A DNA stretch of 64,000 nt from Flaccisagitta enflata (taxonomy: Eukaryota): positions 49,786,001-49,850,000 of the forward strand of contig OZ231126.1 in assembly GCA_965153355.1 (NCBI GenBank). The letters are read 5' to 3'. How positions within the stretch are numbered: position 1 is the first letter of the stretch; each line of letters begins with the position of its first letter. This document shows positions 27,880 to 51,378 of this stretch, one piece after another. Under the pieces are notes generated by a model. It had not been told where the DNA came from. It worked only from the letters and a program-made list of their open reading frames with translations, and did not search any database. The position numbers were made by a program, and so were the translations under genes.

Positions 27880-28781
27880 CTCTCTCTCTCTCTAGCTCTC
27901 TCTCTCATATAACAACTCATTTCCCAGAACACCACTGGATTCATGACCATGCATCATTCCTATTTGGCCCATGATATCCTGAATAAACTGGGTACTAGTC
28001 GACCAATTCTGATGAAGTCAGCTCCAGAGGCGTTGGCGCTTCACTTCCACGTCGGCAGCAAAGCCGATCAAAGGATGATCAACAGGGTCTTCAAGAATCT
28101 CAAACGAGTTGCTGGTATTTCAGTTTTCTATTTCAGTGATCCAATCATTTTGACTTATTTACCTATTTATTCGATTTATTATTTTTATCATTCATTCACT
28201 GACTAATTCAGTCATTCATTTATTCATTCTTCATCAGCCACAAAGCCGATGGAAAAACGTTCGCCGAGGCATTTCGGTGATTTCTTCATTCATTCATTCA
28301 TTCATTCATTCATTCATTCATTCATTCATTCATTCATTCATTCATTCATTCATTCATTTATTCATTCATTTATTTATTCATTCATCCATTTATCTATTTA
28401 TTCATTCAATCATTGCTTCTATCATTAATTTACTTTTTATTCATTCTCTCATTCCTTCATGCATTCATTCATTTATTCATTTATTCTTTCATTCATTTAC
28501 CCACTTATTCATTCAATCACTCATTCATTCAGTCACTCATTCATTCATTCATTCATTCATTCATGCGTTCATTCATTCGTTCATTCATTCAGGGAAACAA
28601 GTGCAATCCAAATACCTTACCAAGGAGGAAATCGCGAAGCAAGGATACGACGCGGCATTTGTGCAACAGGTATAATCCTCCTCCTCCTCCTCCTCCTCCT
28701 CCTCATCATCATCATCATCATCAACATCATTATTCATCATCGTCATCATCATCATCATCATCATCATCATCAGAGAGGAGA

Positions 28782-28863
<82 letters not shown>

Positions 28864-29187
28864 AGGACTGTGGACAAACAAACAAACAAACAGGCGTACT
28901 GAGGACAAAAGGACATTTTTAGTTGCGGACACGCTACTCTATAGAGGCTTTGTCCGTCCGTCCGTCCGTCCGTCATGACCATCGCACGAGTCGAAAAGTA
29001 GGAAAACGCGCATATCCGCCCCTGCCCACCCGTCCGGCCTTTGATGGCCGTGTATCCGGCCTTGTTACATATATTGACATATCTACAGACCGACAGGTAG
29101 ACGGATAGACAGAAAAACAGATTCTTGATTTAATCTTTCTCCCCCAGGCGGTTGATTTCCCTAACGACGGTTATTATCCCCCTTACA
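27880..29187 (+). pseudogene. Inverted partial duplicate of exons 6-9 with introns
   Basis: Reverse complement of ~37587-38910. ORFs 27943-28206 and 38587-38850 are identical. It has KQG where the other arm has KRG, and identity ends mid-exon after CCCCTTACA. Confidence 0.9.
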
Positions 29188-29548
29188 CGCTATGATTCCG
29201 TTCTGTTTATCTGTCTGTCGGCTTGTCTGTCCATTCATCTTTGTCTGTCTCACTCTGTGTCTGTCTGTCTGCCTGTTTCTTTCTCTCTCTCTTTGGCTCA
29301 CTCCTTCTTCCATGTCTGTCTCTGTACAAGTGGACACGCGACTCTACACCTTGCCGTGTCGGTCGGTCCGTCGGTCTGTCGGTCCGTCGGTCCGTTGGTC
29401 GTTGGTCAGAAATATTTTTGAACTGCGTCGGTTCACGCATTACTACTCCTGCCCAACTGTCCGCGACTGGATTAGCGTGTATCCGGCCTTGTTGTCTGTC
29501 TATCTGTCTGTCTGTCTGTGTGTGTGTGTGTGTGTCTCTCTCTCTGTG

Positions 29549-29665
<117 letters not shown>

Positions 29666-29670
29666 GTCTC

Positions 29671-29723
<53 letters not shown>

Positions 29724-29727
29724 GTTC

Positions 29728-29970
<243 letters not shown>

Positions 29971-30132
29971 CTGTCTCTGTCTCTCTCTTTATCTCGATTA
30001 CATATCTCTTTATCATACATATCTCTTTATCTCGATTACATACTTTCTAACCACGTGCTAATCAGCTCTGACAACTCCTACATAAATCGTTTTCGGATTA
30101 TTCCTGCTCCTCGATCGTTAACCAGTGTAAAA

Positions 30133-31821
30133 ATGGCCATCGGCGCTGCACTTAAATCCTTTCTAACGTCGCATCCAAACAAGAAAATCAACTGTTTGCG
30201 ATATATTTGCCACAAAGTCAATCTGCCATTAGTTGGTACAGTTGAAGAACTCCGAAACGAAATCTGCGAATATGCAAACAAACACAAAGTCGATCCAGCT
30301 CAAATAAAGCAAATCGCCGAATTTTTCCATGAAAACGAAGATGAATGTGTTGCGCTCATGAACGATCTAAATGTGCAACCACCGCTCAACTCAAGCCATC
30401 GAATATCTGCAACAGACAGTGATCTAGCCGACGTTGAAATCTCGGAGAGTGAACATGATTCGTAAAATGATGATGATGACGATGAAACAAGCAGCACCAT
30501 TACAGAGGACGATACTTTTCAAACTGGGCAGGATGTCAGCACAGCCGAACATGATAACAGCCTCAGCCAGAAGGTTAGAAGCTTATTACGAAAGAACGCC
30601 AACCAAACTGTTGTTCTGCCCCGCTCTCATGAGAAATCACAAGATGAGTTATTTGACTCTCAAAGCCAAAAGGCTCATGATACAACTCAGCCTAAAAGCG
30701 AATTAGAAAAACTGTTAACGACGATTTGCTCTGATCTTGTAATACAAGTCACTTCAGCAAAAGATGCCGAAATCGTTGAATTGAAAAAACAGAATGCTGG
30801 TTTGACTGAGGTTAATGAAACGCTCAGCAAAAATTGCTCGATCATCCTTAAGCGATATGAACATCTCGCAGAGACAGCAAATGAAGTAAAGGAAATGGCT
30901 TCAGATGTCAAGGAGCTTAAAGCTGCAGTCTTAGATCTTACTGAAAAGATCAACAAAAACCGAGAGGGCGAAATGAATGCCAATGGAATCCCAAATACTT
31001 GGCAAAACAGCTGCAGTGAAATTCTCGTTGAGATGGCAGAAAAAATTGGCAGTTTGGAAAAAACAATCAAACCGAACGACCAAATAAAAAACCCGGAACA
31101 AAAAAACGATACAAGTCCACATGCAGGAAACAGTGCCAATAATCCGGTTGTGATTGATGAAACTGAGCTCAGAGAGGCTGAAATTTTGATCATTCACGAT
31201 TCAAATGGAAATAACATCGATCCAGAAAGAATTCATCCAGGCAAAAAAGTCTTGAAACGTAGACGCTATACTCTCAACCAGGCAAAAAATATTCCCAAAG
31301 TGAAAAATCCGGATGAAGTCACGGACGTTGTGCTTCTTCCAGGCATCAATGACTCAAAAAATCAGAAAGAAACGGTAAACGAAACTCTTAAAAAACACAA
31401 AGAAATGTGTGAGGAGTACAAGAAATCTTTTCCCAATGCACACATTCATGCTGCGGCAGTTCCTCCAGTTACAGACAGACAAATTGAGCTTAACAAAAAA
31501 ATAGATGAGTATGCTAAGACTTCAAAGCATTCATTCATAGACAACAAAGAACTCTTTGATCGGAGAACAAATAAGCTCAGGCCACACATGCTCAATGGTA
31601 TACACTATACCGACCATGCCTTCAAGGAACACATGAAAGCCATACGGAGAAGTCTATACTCAAAGGTTCACAATCGGGAACCCAACCAGTCCCGATTACC
31701 CTCAAAGCCTACCAATGATACAAGTTTGAATTCAGGTCATTCTGAAATTCTCATGTCCGCGATAACTGAACTAACAAAAACCACTCAGGCCATACTGCAA
31801 AAAGTTAACACTGGCAACTGA
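30133..31821 (+). CDS. LINE ORF1 (~562 codons, one internal TAA at 30463): SAP-like motif, acidic linker, coiled coil, SGNH esterase-like domain
   Basis: ATG 30133 is in frame with ORF 30781-31821. Motifs: LRYICHKVNLPLVGTVEELRNEI (SAP-like), ILIIHDSN (block I), LLPGIND (block III), NGIHY (block V). Confidence 0.8.
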
Positions 31822-34800
31822 AATGAGGAACCCAGATCTCAGCAAAACAGAAAAAGAAAACCAAAAAGAAAACAAAAAAGAAAACCAAGAGAACAGTGGA
31901 ATATTTTCTACTCTAATGCCCAAGGTCTAAAAAGTAAAATGTCATGTCTTACGGATATTTTAACGGAAAATTCGCCCCAGATCGCCCTTTTTACTGAGAC
32001 CATGCTAAATGATATGGTTAAGAGACCAGATTCAAGGATACTCCTTTTGTGGGAAAAGTTGAAAAGAAGGGAAAGGCGGAGTAGGAATTTTTGTTAGAAA
32101 CGATACAATGGACCATGTTACACCACACGAGACACAAAGAGAATTAGAATCGATATGGATCAGTGTACGAAGGAAGAATCACATTCCACTATACATAGGC
32201 GTGTACTATGGAAAACAAGAATCCAGAGTTACAAAAGAGCAAATAGAAAAAGAATTTGGTGAACTAGCAGAAGAAATTTTAGAAATGAAATTAACTGGAG
32301 ATGTAATAATTTTTATGGATGCTAACGCAAAAATTGGTATTCTTGATGAACCAATCTCCAGAAACGGACAGTGCCTTCTTAACATGATTGAAGAAACTTC
32401 ACTCACTGTCATGAATTCTTCTGATATCTGCACAGGGAAAGTTACTAGGGTAAACCGAAAAAGGCCAACTGAAAGATCTGCCATCGACTATGTATTAGCC
32501 TGTTCTGAGTCAGAGTCTCTTATTGAGACTATGCTTATAGATGAAGAAGGATCCTATGTTATGAAGAACGATCTGGCTGAATCAGACCACAACTCCATTC
32601 TGATAAGCCTCAACCTAGATAATGTTGACCACCAAAAAAATGAAATTAAAACTGTGTGGAAAACATCGGCAAGCGAAGAGCAATTGGACGCCTATATCAA
32701 TAAACTGAAAAATTTTGGTCCAGAAAGCAATCGAATAATGAACGATGAAACACTTTCAATGGATATCAGATATACAAAGTGGCACAACGAAATAGAAAAA
32801 ATTGCAGGCTCTACCATAGGAAAAAAATCCATAAAAAGGACAAGACCTGAAAAATTCAGTGAACATATAACAGAATTGAGAAAGGAGAAAAGAACCTTAA
32901 AAAGATGATCTCATCACAAAATGATGATAACACTAAAAGTGAACTTAAGCAACAATATATTAAGAAACAAAAAGAAACCAGGGACGCAATACAAGAAGAA
33001 AGAGCGGAGAAAATTAGAAAGAAATTCTTACTCATGATCCAGGATAAAAGTGGTACCCAGTTCTGGAACAATATAAAAAATGGAAACCGTGACCCTTCAT
33101 CAACATGGATTGCTATCAAAGACCAGAATGGCAAAAGGCTGATAGATCCAAGAGCAGTAAAAGGAAGAGTTGAAAGTTACTACACTGGACTCTTTGCTAA
33201 ACGAGAGACTCCATATCATCCATATCATGATGAAGTGGCAGCAGCCATGGAAGCATATGAGGCAGACTTATCACATGACCATCATGAATACAATGAATGC
33301 CCTACCCTTGCGGAAATCAAAGCGGCAATAAGAAATAAGAAAAATGGGAAAAGCACTACTGATTTCCCCAATGAACTAATCAAAATGGGGGAGGAGGAGA
33401 TGGCAAAACTTGTTCATCATGTAGTCAAAGCTTTTTGGGACAAAGAGATTATCCCAAGTTTTTGGAATGAGGGACTTATATCCTCTGTGTGGAAAGGAAA
33501 AGGCGATAAGGAAAAAATGGATTACCAACGTGGGATAACTGTATCCAGCACCATTTCCATGATCCCAGAAGAAATCATCCACAACCGCATGAGAAACATA
33601 CTAAAACTAAGCCCCGCTCAAGGCGGGGGTAAAAAAGGATCTGCCACAAGAGATCATCTTTTTCTTCTACGGGCAGCAATGAGCTCAGCTATAAAAAACA
33701 AACGCCCTTTATACCTCACCTTTTACGACGTTCAAAAGGCATATGATCACGCCGATCCACATGACATGCTATATGTGGCGTGGAATGGTGGCCTAAAGGG
33801 CAAACTATGGCGACTTACAAAGCTTCTTAGTACAAATCTTACGGCAAAAGTAAACACAAGATACGGAAAAACTAACAAAATAGCACTAGAAATAGGTGGT
33901 AAACAAGGAGGAAAAATCATGACGTATTTATTTGCAAAACTAATGGACACTCTTGCTGAAGATCTTGAGAAAGCAAATGATCTGGGAATTTCAATTAATG
34001 ATATCAAATTAGATGTACTTGAGTGGGTTGACGATGTTATATCCTTTGCAGAAAGTCATGATCAGCAATTGAGAACATTAGATTTTATTGATGAATTTGC
34101 AGTAAAGCATAAGCTCAAATGGGGTCCTGATAAATGCAAGGTGATGGAAGTAGGGAAAATAAACAACATCGAGACCAAATGGAACCTAGGTGAAGAAACA
34201 ATCACATCAACAAGTAGATATACCTATCTCGGAGATATCATCACTCCGGATGGCAAAAATAAGGAAAACATTGAAAGCAGGAAAATGAGATTACAACGCA
34301 CGACAAGGCGGGTATTGGCAAGCTCTCAAATTGAAGTAATGAAGAGAATAGAAATGAAAACATTACTCAAATTACATGAGGCATATACAGTACCATCCAT
34401 CCTTATCAACTGTGAATCGTGGACTCTCAGCAAGACAGACAGAACTTCTTTGGATAAATTAGAAATCTGGGCCTTTAAAAAATTATTAGGCCTTCCCATT
34501 ACAACCCCAACGGCTGCAGTTATCTTTGAGTCACGGGTGCCCTTCACGTCCATCCGGATCATAAATCGGCAACTGAAATATTTGCACACGATCCTAAGAC
34601 GGGAGAACGAGGACCAAGGGAAAAAAACACTTCTCTCCCTTATTTCCGAAAACACTGGGTGGGGGAAATACATTATGATGACTCTGCAAGAGTGCGACAT
34701 AGAACTAAGTATTGACGAAATTCAGGGCAAAAGGAAAATGGAATGGAAAAACATTGTGGATAAAGCGACGGCGGAACTTAATAGAAAAAAACTTTTAGAC

Positions 34801-35202
34801 TCCTGCAAGGGCAAAGAAAAGCTGAAAACAAAAACATTAGAAGTAGCAAGATGTCTGGAAAACGACGATTGTACCTATGAAAATTATGAAAATGTACTTT
34901 TTGATCTACCAAGACACAGTGTAAGGACGATAATCATGGCTAGATATGGCATGTTAGACTGTGCCAACAATTACAAAGGCAAATATGGGACCAAGCTATG
35001 TACCACTTGTCATATTATTGATGATGAGAACCATCGCATGAATCACTGTATAAAATGGAAAGACATAAATATGTATGGTACTGAACATGAAATCAACTTT
35101 GATGCTGTATATACCAATGAAATTAACACCCTGAAACAGATATCTGGCCTCATACAAGGCATCTGGAATCTTGAAAATAACAAGAACGAGATGAAACTAT
35201 AA
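31822..35202 (+). pseudogene. LINE ORF2: AP endonuclease, reverse transcriptase and C-terminal CCHC; disrupted
   Basis: APE motifs SNAQGL, ETML, GGVGIFV, MDANAKIG, SAIDYV, SDHN. RT motifs YQRGIT, FYDVQKAYD, KQGG, WVDD, YLG. CCHC is CTTC..DENHRMNHC. Frameshift near 32010-32026, TGA at 32060, frameshift near 32900. Confidence 0.93.
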
Positions 35203-35494
35203 AATTATTCTGGTTTGATGACTTAAATAGTATTTCGTTTAAATTTTCTTTTCTTAAGTATTTGTTTGTTTGGTTTTTTTTTTTTGTTTTGTTTTTTTCT
35301 TTCATTTGGATATCTGATTTCCTATTGTTTCTGTGATAACAATCTGACGCTAGTACTTTTCCATTATAACATAACATAAATCTATTTAATAACTTATTCG
35401 CCCTCTTCATTGACGTCCATGTACTTTGATTTTTCAATTGTACAATTGTATTTATTGCGATAAGGACTATTAAATGTCTAAATGTCTAAAAATG

Positions 35495-37440
<1,946 letters not shown>

Positions 37441-37564
37441 CTTTTGGGCACCCTGAGCGCGAGATAACCCTGAGGTTTTCAAGGGGGTCGCACCTCCCTA
37501 AGGACGGTCCTAAGAGATAAAGCCTAAGGAGGCTCTGCAGGGGCAACATAGGGTCCCCATGTGA

Positions 37565-44068
<6,504 letters not shown>

Positions 44069-44892
44069 TTCATACAGGTAAGGCGTTTTGCCCGGTGGTG
44101 TTGATTCGGATGGCGAGCTTGGATAAAATGGTGAATATAAGTGAACAATTGCCACAAAATTAGTAACAAGGCCAAATACACGGCCAATACCAGTCGCGGA
44201 TAGGTGGGCAGGGGCGGAAATGCGCGTTTTTGCTTTTTCGAACTCGATCATTACTAACGGACCAAAAGATGGACCGACGGACGGACGGACAAAGCCTCCT
44301 ACAAGAGTCGCGTGTCAGCAGCTAAAAAGGACTCTAGTCTGAGTGGCACATCATTTAAAGTGTTTTTTTTTAAACAAATAAATATTTTTAGTTGCCACTC
44401 ATGACATGTGTCCCACAATTGTTGAAACTTGAATTAAGATTAAATCTACATCATCATAGATATTGATATCTAGTCTTTAGTTGCGGTCACGCAACTCTAC
44501 AAGAGGCTCTGTCCATCCGTCCATCTGTCTGTCTATCCAATGGTCCGTTGGTCTGTTGGTTGTCCGTCGGTAATGATCAAGTCAAAATGTGGAAAAACAA
44601 GCGTTTTGGATGCTGTTGTGTATGTTTGTGTTTGTGGGTTGGGAATTGGGGTATGGATGGGGGTTGGACGGCTCTGCCCAACCATCCGCAACTTAATTGT
44701 GACCCCGCGTCACTTGTTTCCAACAGATAGAGGATAAAGAAATCTTCATTTTAGTCATGAATTTCATCAATATTGGTTTAGGCATGGTTAATTTTTGTTG
44801 AAAACTGTGGAGATGTGTTTTTCCACCAAAAATTCATCCGTCTTTAAAGGACAATTAAGTTTGAACAAATCAAGTTACAGTTACCAGATAAG

Positions 44893-44950
<58 letters not shown>

Positions 44951-45557
44951 AGAGACAAAGAGACAGACACAGAGACACAGATGATTCAACACATAAGCAA
45001 AGAATAACAAAAGATCTTTGGTGATATTTCTACGTTTACATCCTATAAGCATCAATTCCCAAAGTGATATGGTGAAGCTACAAATAAACTACAAGAGGAT
45101 GTTTCTGGAAAGATATTTAGATGACAGGTCATATTTTTTCTTAAAGTCTTTTAATCCTTATGCGGGTAGCCATGTGGGCATAGATGCAAAAGCGATTTTG
45201 ATTTTTTGATAAAAGCATTGATGAAAAAAAAACCACTCTCAAAGAAATGAGAAAACACAGCTTGATGCAGACTGACTGACACAGCCCAGGTTATTGATAA
45301 AAAAAGTAAAAAAAACGTTTTTACATTTTTTTCCGGTCGGCAATAATTGTTATGACTGGCGTAATAACATTCACATGACAAAAAACGCAATAATAGATTA
45401 AAATAAATGAAAATCTAAATGTGATGAATACCACCATCTTTGGTTTTAAAGAAATAAGGAACCTAATTCCACGGAATCAAAAATTTAATGTTGCCTTTAA
45501 CACTGCTGTATGACGTATATTTGGTTTCCAGCAATGGCAGAGTACTACTCGACTCAA

Positions 45558-47270
45558 AACAAGGCCAACACCTATAAATCGCGTGTGAGACTTACTTACA
45601 TAATCGCCTAATTATTTAAGTACGTTTTTTACTGTAATGATGATAATGACTATAATTACCTATTGACCTATAATTGCCTATAATGACCTATGATTACCTA
45701 TCATTACCTATGATTACCTATAATTACCCATAAACAAATAATGACCTATAAGTACCTATAAAGACTATATGATTACACTTATAATTCTTATAGTTAGTAA
45801 TTACCTATAATGAAATTGATTACCCAAAAGGATAATGACCTATAATTACCTATAATAACATAATGATCTATAATTACCTATAATGACCTATGAACCTATA
45901 ATTGCCTATAATTACCTTTAATTACCAGTTAAATAATGACCTATAAGTACCTATAAAGACCTGCAATTACCTATCATTACATTTGGACCAATAATTACCT
46001 ATTATGACCTATGATTACCTCTACCATAACTACCTTCTTATAATGACTGGCTAACTGACCTATGATTACCTCATTAACGTAACTGCATAATGACCTATAA
46101 TTACCTATGATTAGCTATAATTACCTAAAATTGAATATTGACCTATAATTACCTATAATTGTCTATTTACATATAATTACCTATAATGACCTATGATTAC
46201 CTATAATTACCTATTATTACATAATGACCTATAATTACCTTTGATGACCTTTGATTACCTATGATTACCTATAATTTCATAATGACCTATGATTACCTAT
46301 AATTATCTAAAATGACCTATAATTACACATTATTATGTGACCTATAGTACCTATAATGATCTATATTACCTTTAGTACCTATGATTATCTATTGTACATA
46401 ATATTCTATAATTACCAATGTGACCTATAATGACCTATAATGACCTTATAGTGACCTATAATGACCTATAATTATATAATGACCTATAATTACCTGTAAT
46501 TACCTAATTACCTATGCTATAATTATACCATTACCTATGATTACATACTGACCTATGATTACCAATAATGACCTATAATTGCTTAATAACCTATAATTAC
46601 CTATAATGACCTATAATTACCTATAATTACATGATGACCTGTAATTACCTATAATTACCTACAATGACCTATGATTTCCTCTATGACCCTATGTTACCTG
46701 TAATTGCATAGTGACCTTTAATGCCAACCTATGATTACCCAAAATTGCATGAGGACCTATAAATTACCTATGGTATAAAACAAAAGTGAAATAATATAAT
46801 CTGACTAAAATGACTGAAATGACTGATCTAATGACTTAGAATGACTTAAAATGACAAAATGATGTATAGCTGACTTATAATATAAAATGGCTTCAATGAC
46901 TTAAAATGACTTAAAATTATGAAAAGGATTATATTGACTAAAATGACAATTATGACTTAAAATGACTTGGAATGACTTAAAATGCCCTAAAATCACTTGA
47001 AATGACTTAAAATCACTTGAAATGACTTAAAATAACTTTAAATGACTTAAAATGACTTAAAATGATGAAAAAGACTATATTGACTAAAATGACAATAATG
47101 ACTTAAAATGACTTAGAATGACTTAGAATGACTTAGAATGACTTAAAATGACTTAGAATGACTTAGAATGACTAAAATGACTTAAAAAGCCAAATTAATA
47201 AAAAAAAGTAAAGTGTGACCAGCCAACCGACCGACCGACCAACCGAACGACGGACAAAGCGGATTGTAAA
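45558..47270 (-). mobile_element. HINE-like element expanded by internal 10-bp tandem arrays
   Basis: 3' end AACAAGGCCAACACCTATAAATCGCGTG at 45558, (CCGA)n core at 47215-47262, arrays of ATAATKACCT (45640-46772) and AATGACTTAR (46800-47186). Confidence 0.8.
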
Positions 47271-47652
47271 TGGTGTCTTATTCAGCGCAAACATAATAAA
47301 CATGAGAAAAGGTACATGGAATTCATGACGCTCAATAGGTAAAAAAACAGGTGGCAAATGATCCATTCGCCCAACCAAGATCAAAGTGAGAGAGAGAGAG
47401 AGAGACGGTCAAGCAAACCGATGCACAGAGGCAGACAGACAGTTTTTTCCGACAAACGGATAGACAGATAGGAAGACAGGCAGACAGACAGGCAGACAGG
47501 CAGACAGACAGGCAGACAGACAGACAGACAGACAGACAGACAGGCAGACAGACAGGCAGACAGATAGCAGACAGATAGAAAAATTGATAAACAAACAGAA
47601 GAAAAAAAAACAGATAGAATTCAAGGCCAGGTGGAAGGGCGAAAGCCAGTTA

Positions 47653-48794
47653 CAGGGTCATCCACCTGAGTTGTCGGATTCTGTTAAGCTTTTACTCTAA
47701 GATGCCAAGAGACATGGATTTGAAATTGATCACGTCTTAAAGAGTATAGATTGACATTTTTTGTATAAAAATTTCAGCCATTTTGGTCAAGTAGTTTGTC
47801 TTTTATGTAAATTTGAAGTAATAAAAATATTTTACCATTTTATAGATTATCCATCAGAAATACAGAATTCTGCTTGCATTCATATTCATTTTCTTTTTAC
47901 TATTTATGCCATAGAGAGAAAATTAATATCAAATGAAAGATAAACTAACAAACATATTGAAATACCGGGTGGACATAAAAAAAGTAGTCACTTTATCTCA
48001 ATAATATGAAAATGATTCTTAATTGAGTATTATGTGATCATTCAAAATAAATAAGCCTTTTAATTTGTGTACATGAATATAATATACAAATTCAAATCAT
48101 GTTTGGTCAATCAAAAAAATGTTTTTGGGCATTATTGCCTATTTATAACAAAAAAATGATGATTGATAATTATTAGTGTTTTGGATATGAATTTGTTTTT
48201 TTATTTAAAAAAAATTGATGCTTATACTTTCCTAAGACCTACTTTTAATCAACTATTGCAATTCAAAAGCAAACTTTGGAGAGAACACTATTTCATACTC
48301 AATTTCAAGCAAAATTGTTCAAGTGGTCCCTAATTCAATTCAGTTTTTTTAAGATAACCTGAAAAATATTGATCTTCATAGAAAATATTCATAATGGAAC
48401 ATGATGTGCACGATCATATCTAAATAACTAAAAAAAAGTTTTTACTTAGGAGAAATATTAAAAGTGATATAAAAAGATTAAAAATTACTTTTTTAAAGTC
48501 CACCCGTTACTTTAATATCATCACTGATTCAAGCCTGTTTTGGATTGATTACTAAAAAAATTCAAAAACTAATTGAAGTGTTGACTTGCACAATTCCTAA
48601 AAAATCTGTTGTCTTGAAATAAAAGCTTTACGTTAAAATCCATGTTAAAGACAAACTACTAAATAAATGGCTGAAATTTTTATACAAAAAATGTCAATCT
48701 ATACTCTTTTAGACTTGATCAATTTCAAATCCATGTCTCTTGGCATCAAGAGAGTAAAGCTTATAGAATCCGACAACTCAGGTGGATGACCCTG
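47653..48794. mobile_element. Tc1/mariner-type MITE with ~130-bp TIRs
   Basis: TA-CAGGGTCATCCACCTGAGTTGTCGG...CCGACAACTCAGGTGGATGACCCTG-TA. Confidence 0.9.
47965..48507. mobile_element. Mariner-like MITE nested in 47653-48794
   Basis: TA-CCGGGTGGACATAAAAAAAGTA ... TACTTTTTTAAAGTCCACCCGT-TA. Confidence 0.7.
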
Positions 48795-48951
48795 TACACT
48801 AAACATCAATTGATTAGGGTGATAATAAAACAGATTGAAACAATGGTCACGTGAATTTGCGAGGCCAAGATCCCGAGAGTCAATAACCGAGAAAAGAATA
48901 CATTGTTGGTCCATTCTTCGATCTTTGAATTACCGCCTCGCAAATTCCGGT

Positions 48952-49045
<94 letters not shown>

Positions 49046-49780
49046 GAGAGAGAGACCAATGATGAGCAAGATAGCTTTTGAATAATGAGTGCCTTGACAC
49101 TGTTTTTTACTGGCAAAAAAATCTATTGCGTAAAATGTTGAATGTCTCTAATTAATTCAACAATACTTATTTTGTTTGTCACCGTCTCCTGTCATTCTGA
49201 CTAAAAATCAATGTTTTCACCAATTCACCTACACATTTCTTACTACATTACATAGAAAGTTAGTTATGTGTTATATCAGTTAGATTCTAGCTTCTAGGGA
49301 AACTTCTCTCATATGAAAACTTAGAGTTTTAGTGGGGAAACTTAAAAAAACGTAAAAATGCGTATTTCAGACTGAATACTCCTCTTATACGCACTCTTGT
49401 ATGCAGATACTGCAGAATATACTTACGTTAAATGCCACTAGGTGATTTGGTCAAAAACTCCAAACTCTATCTGTCAGTCTATGTGGTTGTCTTTCTGCCC
49501 GTCGGTGTGTCGGTCTTTATTTCTGTTTGTTTGTCTTTCTGTCTCTCTGTCTGTCAGTTTTCTTGTTTTTCTTTCTATCAAATCTGTGTGTCTACCGTTT
49601 GGAACTTATATCATCGCTTGATGTGCGGCTTTATGTCTGTCTGTCTGCGTGCCTGTCTGTCTGTCTGTCCACCTGAATGTTTGTCCTATCCATTCTGCGT
49701 CTCTCCCCTTAAGGAAATTGCTTGTTCGTTAGTTTGCTTGCTTGCTTGCTTGCTAGTTTGTTTTTTCTTCTCTTTTTTTT

Positions 49781-49848
<68 letters not shown>

Positions 49849-49903
49849 TGTTTCTATCTTTCTTTATTTATTTCTTTCTTTCCTCCTTTTTTCCATCTTT
49901 CCT

Positions 49904-49959
<56 letters not shown>

Positions 49960-49961
49960 TT

Positions 49962-50043
<82 letters not shown>

Positions 50044-50081
50044 TTCCTTCTTTTTTTTCTTTTTGTCTCTCTTCCTTTTTT

Positions 50082-50160
<79 letters not shown>

Positions 50161-50219
50161 CTTTTTCATTCTTTCATTCTTTCTTTCTTTTTTTTTTCTT
50201 TTTTTGCTTCCTGTCTATC

Positions 50220-50314
<95 letters not shown>

Positions 50315-50454
50315 CCCGTCCACGTGCTTCTGCCAACCGGATCAATTTATCAGTAAATTCCGCTGTCATTTTGTCTGACAATCCTTTAATGTGTCGCTTC
50401 ATATTTTTCCCATGCAAATGCTCTTGCGCTCGTCTGTGACAGCCGCGGTGGTCA

Positions 50455-51108
<654 letters not shown>

Positions 51109-51207
51109 CTGTCTCTGTCTCTCTCTCTGTCTCTGTCTTTGTCTCTGTCTCTCTGTCTCTCTGTCTCTCTCTGTCTCTCTCTGTGTCTCTCTGTGTCTCT
51201 GTGTCTC

Positions 51208-51378
<171 letters not shown>

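Noticed and set aside
30463..32062. Alternative genetic code suggested by in-frame stops
   Set aside because: The ~400-aa spliced gene and the 765-aa RT ORF have no internal stops; the LINE stops co-occur with frameshifts, indicating decay or error
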